Shown here one piece after another: positions 62,640 to 64,000 of a DNA stretch of 64,000 nucleotides. A program made the position numbers and the translations under genes. Location of the stretch: positions 62,001 through 126,000 of the forward strand of contig JAAOMT010000590.1 in NCBI GenBank assembly GCA_016748015.1, given 5' to 3'. Below the pieces are notes generated by a model that did no database searches, had not been told where the DNA came from, and worked only from the letters and a program-made list of their open reading frames with translations. This DNA is from Geosiphon pyriformis uo1 (lineage: Eukaryota; Fungi; Glomeromycota). The first letter of the stretch is position 1, and each line of letters begins with the position of its first letter.

Positions 62640-63560
62640 ATACAATTCAACTTTTCAGACAAAAACGATTTTCAAATCCTACTAATAATTCTAGTCTATA
62701 TCCTTCTGGATATTCATATACATTTGGCTGTGGTTCACTTCAACGATCTGGACAATCACATAGCGCTCTATCACCCAGGCATAATATAAAAACTTATTGC
62801 TGAAATGCAATTTTTAATATTTTGGAACAAAGTTATTGTAGTTTGTTATGCGAAATATTTTTCCTTGATGTTTTGTGTTAACATAGTGAGAAAACATCAA
62901 ATTTCTAATCCGTGGTTGCATATATGTATAAACTTTAATATCTAGCTTCTATTGTTTGCCTTATATAAATCGAGATTGAAAATATATTCCAGCAAAAACT
63001 ACATAGACTTTATAAAAAATTCTAATAAGTTTTTTCAGAAAACTCAAACATTCCATCATGCAAAATGTTAATATCAATTCCATTATCTCCACCAAAACTC
63101 CATGCTTAATAAATACAAGTTTTTTATATTTTCAATGTTTGAGAACTTTATCAATCTTTTTTTCTAATTCCAAATGTTCAGCAGAGAACTCTCAGTAAAA
63201 TTCTTTATCAACCATTGAATCTTTAATCTTTTTGTCATATGGAATTTGTGATCTTTCATTTTGAGAAAACTCAATTGTTAAAAATTTTCTTTTAAAAGAA
63301 ACTTAAAATTTTTTGTCTAGCCTAACTTTTTCGATTTTTACTGCTATTCAAAAATTGTTTCAGTTTTAAAGAAGGTTTTTCTTAATTTAAGTTTGATTAG
63401 GATGCTTTAGGAACTTACCATATATGTTTGAGAGTTAATTTGTAATTTTCTTCTAAGCAAAAAGCTCTTTGTAAAACATAAGCATATAATTCAAATTTGG
63501 ATAACTATATTTTGTCATGAATGAACAGTATTTGTTGGTGATGATGAGGAATATCATTGC
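62640..63560 (-). pseudogene. Possible decayed intron-containing gene of unknown type
   Basis: Higher complexity with residual CpG; GTAAGT...TAG 75-nt intron candidate at 63418-63344; SFGGDNGIDI motif at 63093-63070. Confidence 0.3.
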
Positions 63561-64000
63561 TCATTATCTTAAATTTAAAAATCCCTAAAAAGAGAATAAC
63601 TTTAATAGCTCTGATCAACATTCAGACCCATTTTGAAATAAGAAAATTTTCTTTCTAATTACTCTTCAAATGTTCTGTGATCCCACTTTTAGCATAGCAA
63701 TTTATGTTTCAAATTATTCGATTTTTACTCTTATATTAGCTGTAAAGAAAATTAAAGATTAGTAATGACATCTTTTGTCATAGCACATTTCTATCCGGTC
63801 TTTTGTTTTGGAAGTAGAGTAACTTATTAAATTTACATAACTTTTTTGATGTTTTTGTTTGGTTACAAATAAAATAAAGATAAGTTTTATATCATATTTG
63901 TATTAATTCAAATTATTAATTTTCTTTTTATTTGTTGATTTTTCTTATGTTCTATCTCATAATTATTTGCAATGGCAAATGGTAAAATTTGTATTTTACT

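Overview
AT-rich eukaryotic scaffold. Composition, GT-AG intron signals and the repeat proteins suggest a Glomeromycotina/Mucoromycota fungus, Geosiphon-like (inference from recognition only). There is one apparently intact host gene, at 5136-7474 on the minus strand: a coiled-coil exon, a sequence gap, then a C-terminal PD-(D/E)xK-like, Crinkler-type domain. Almost everything else is decayed transposon DNA. A 40-kb nest of Ty3/gypsy LTR retrotransposons (13020-52893; families 'A' and 'B') sits between a truncated LINE and a pogo/Tigger transposase relic. It comprises four near-full internal regions, three solo LTRs and a shared-LTR tandem; a fourth solo LTR lies outside it at 59221-59990. All repeats are riddled with C>T/G>A transitions, including non-CpG ones. 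Comparing the copies reconstructs an unusual gypsy design: a long ORF (possibly GUG-initiated N-extension, Gag, protease, Cys-rich domain, dUTPase, RT, RNase H) that stops after RNase H, an apparently separately initiated integrase ORF without a chromodomain, and a conserved ~212-aa non-Env ORF3 ending at the PPT. The 4-bp target sites all have a central CG or CG-decay (YR) dinucleotide.
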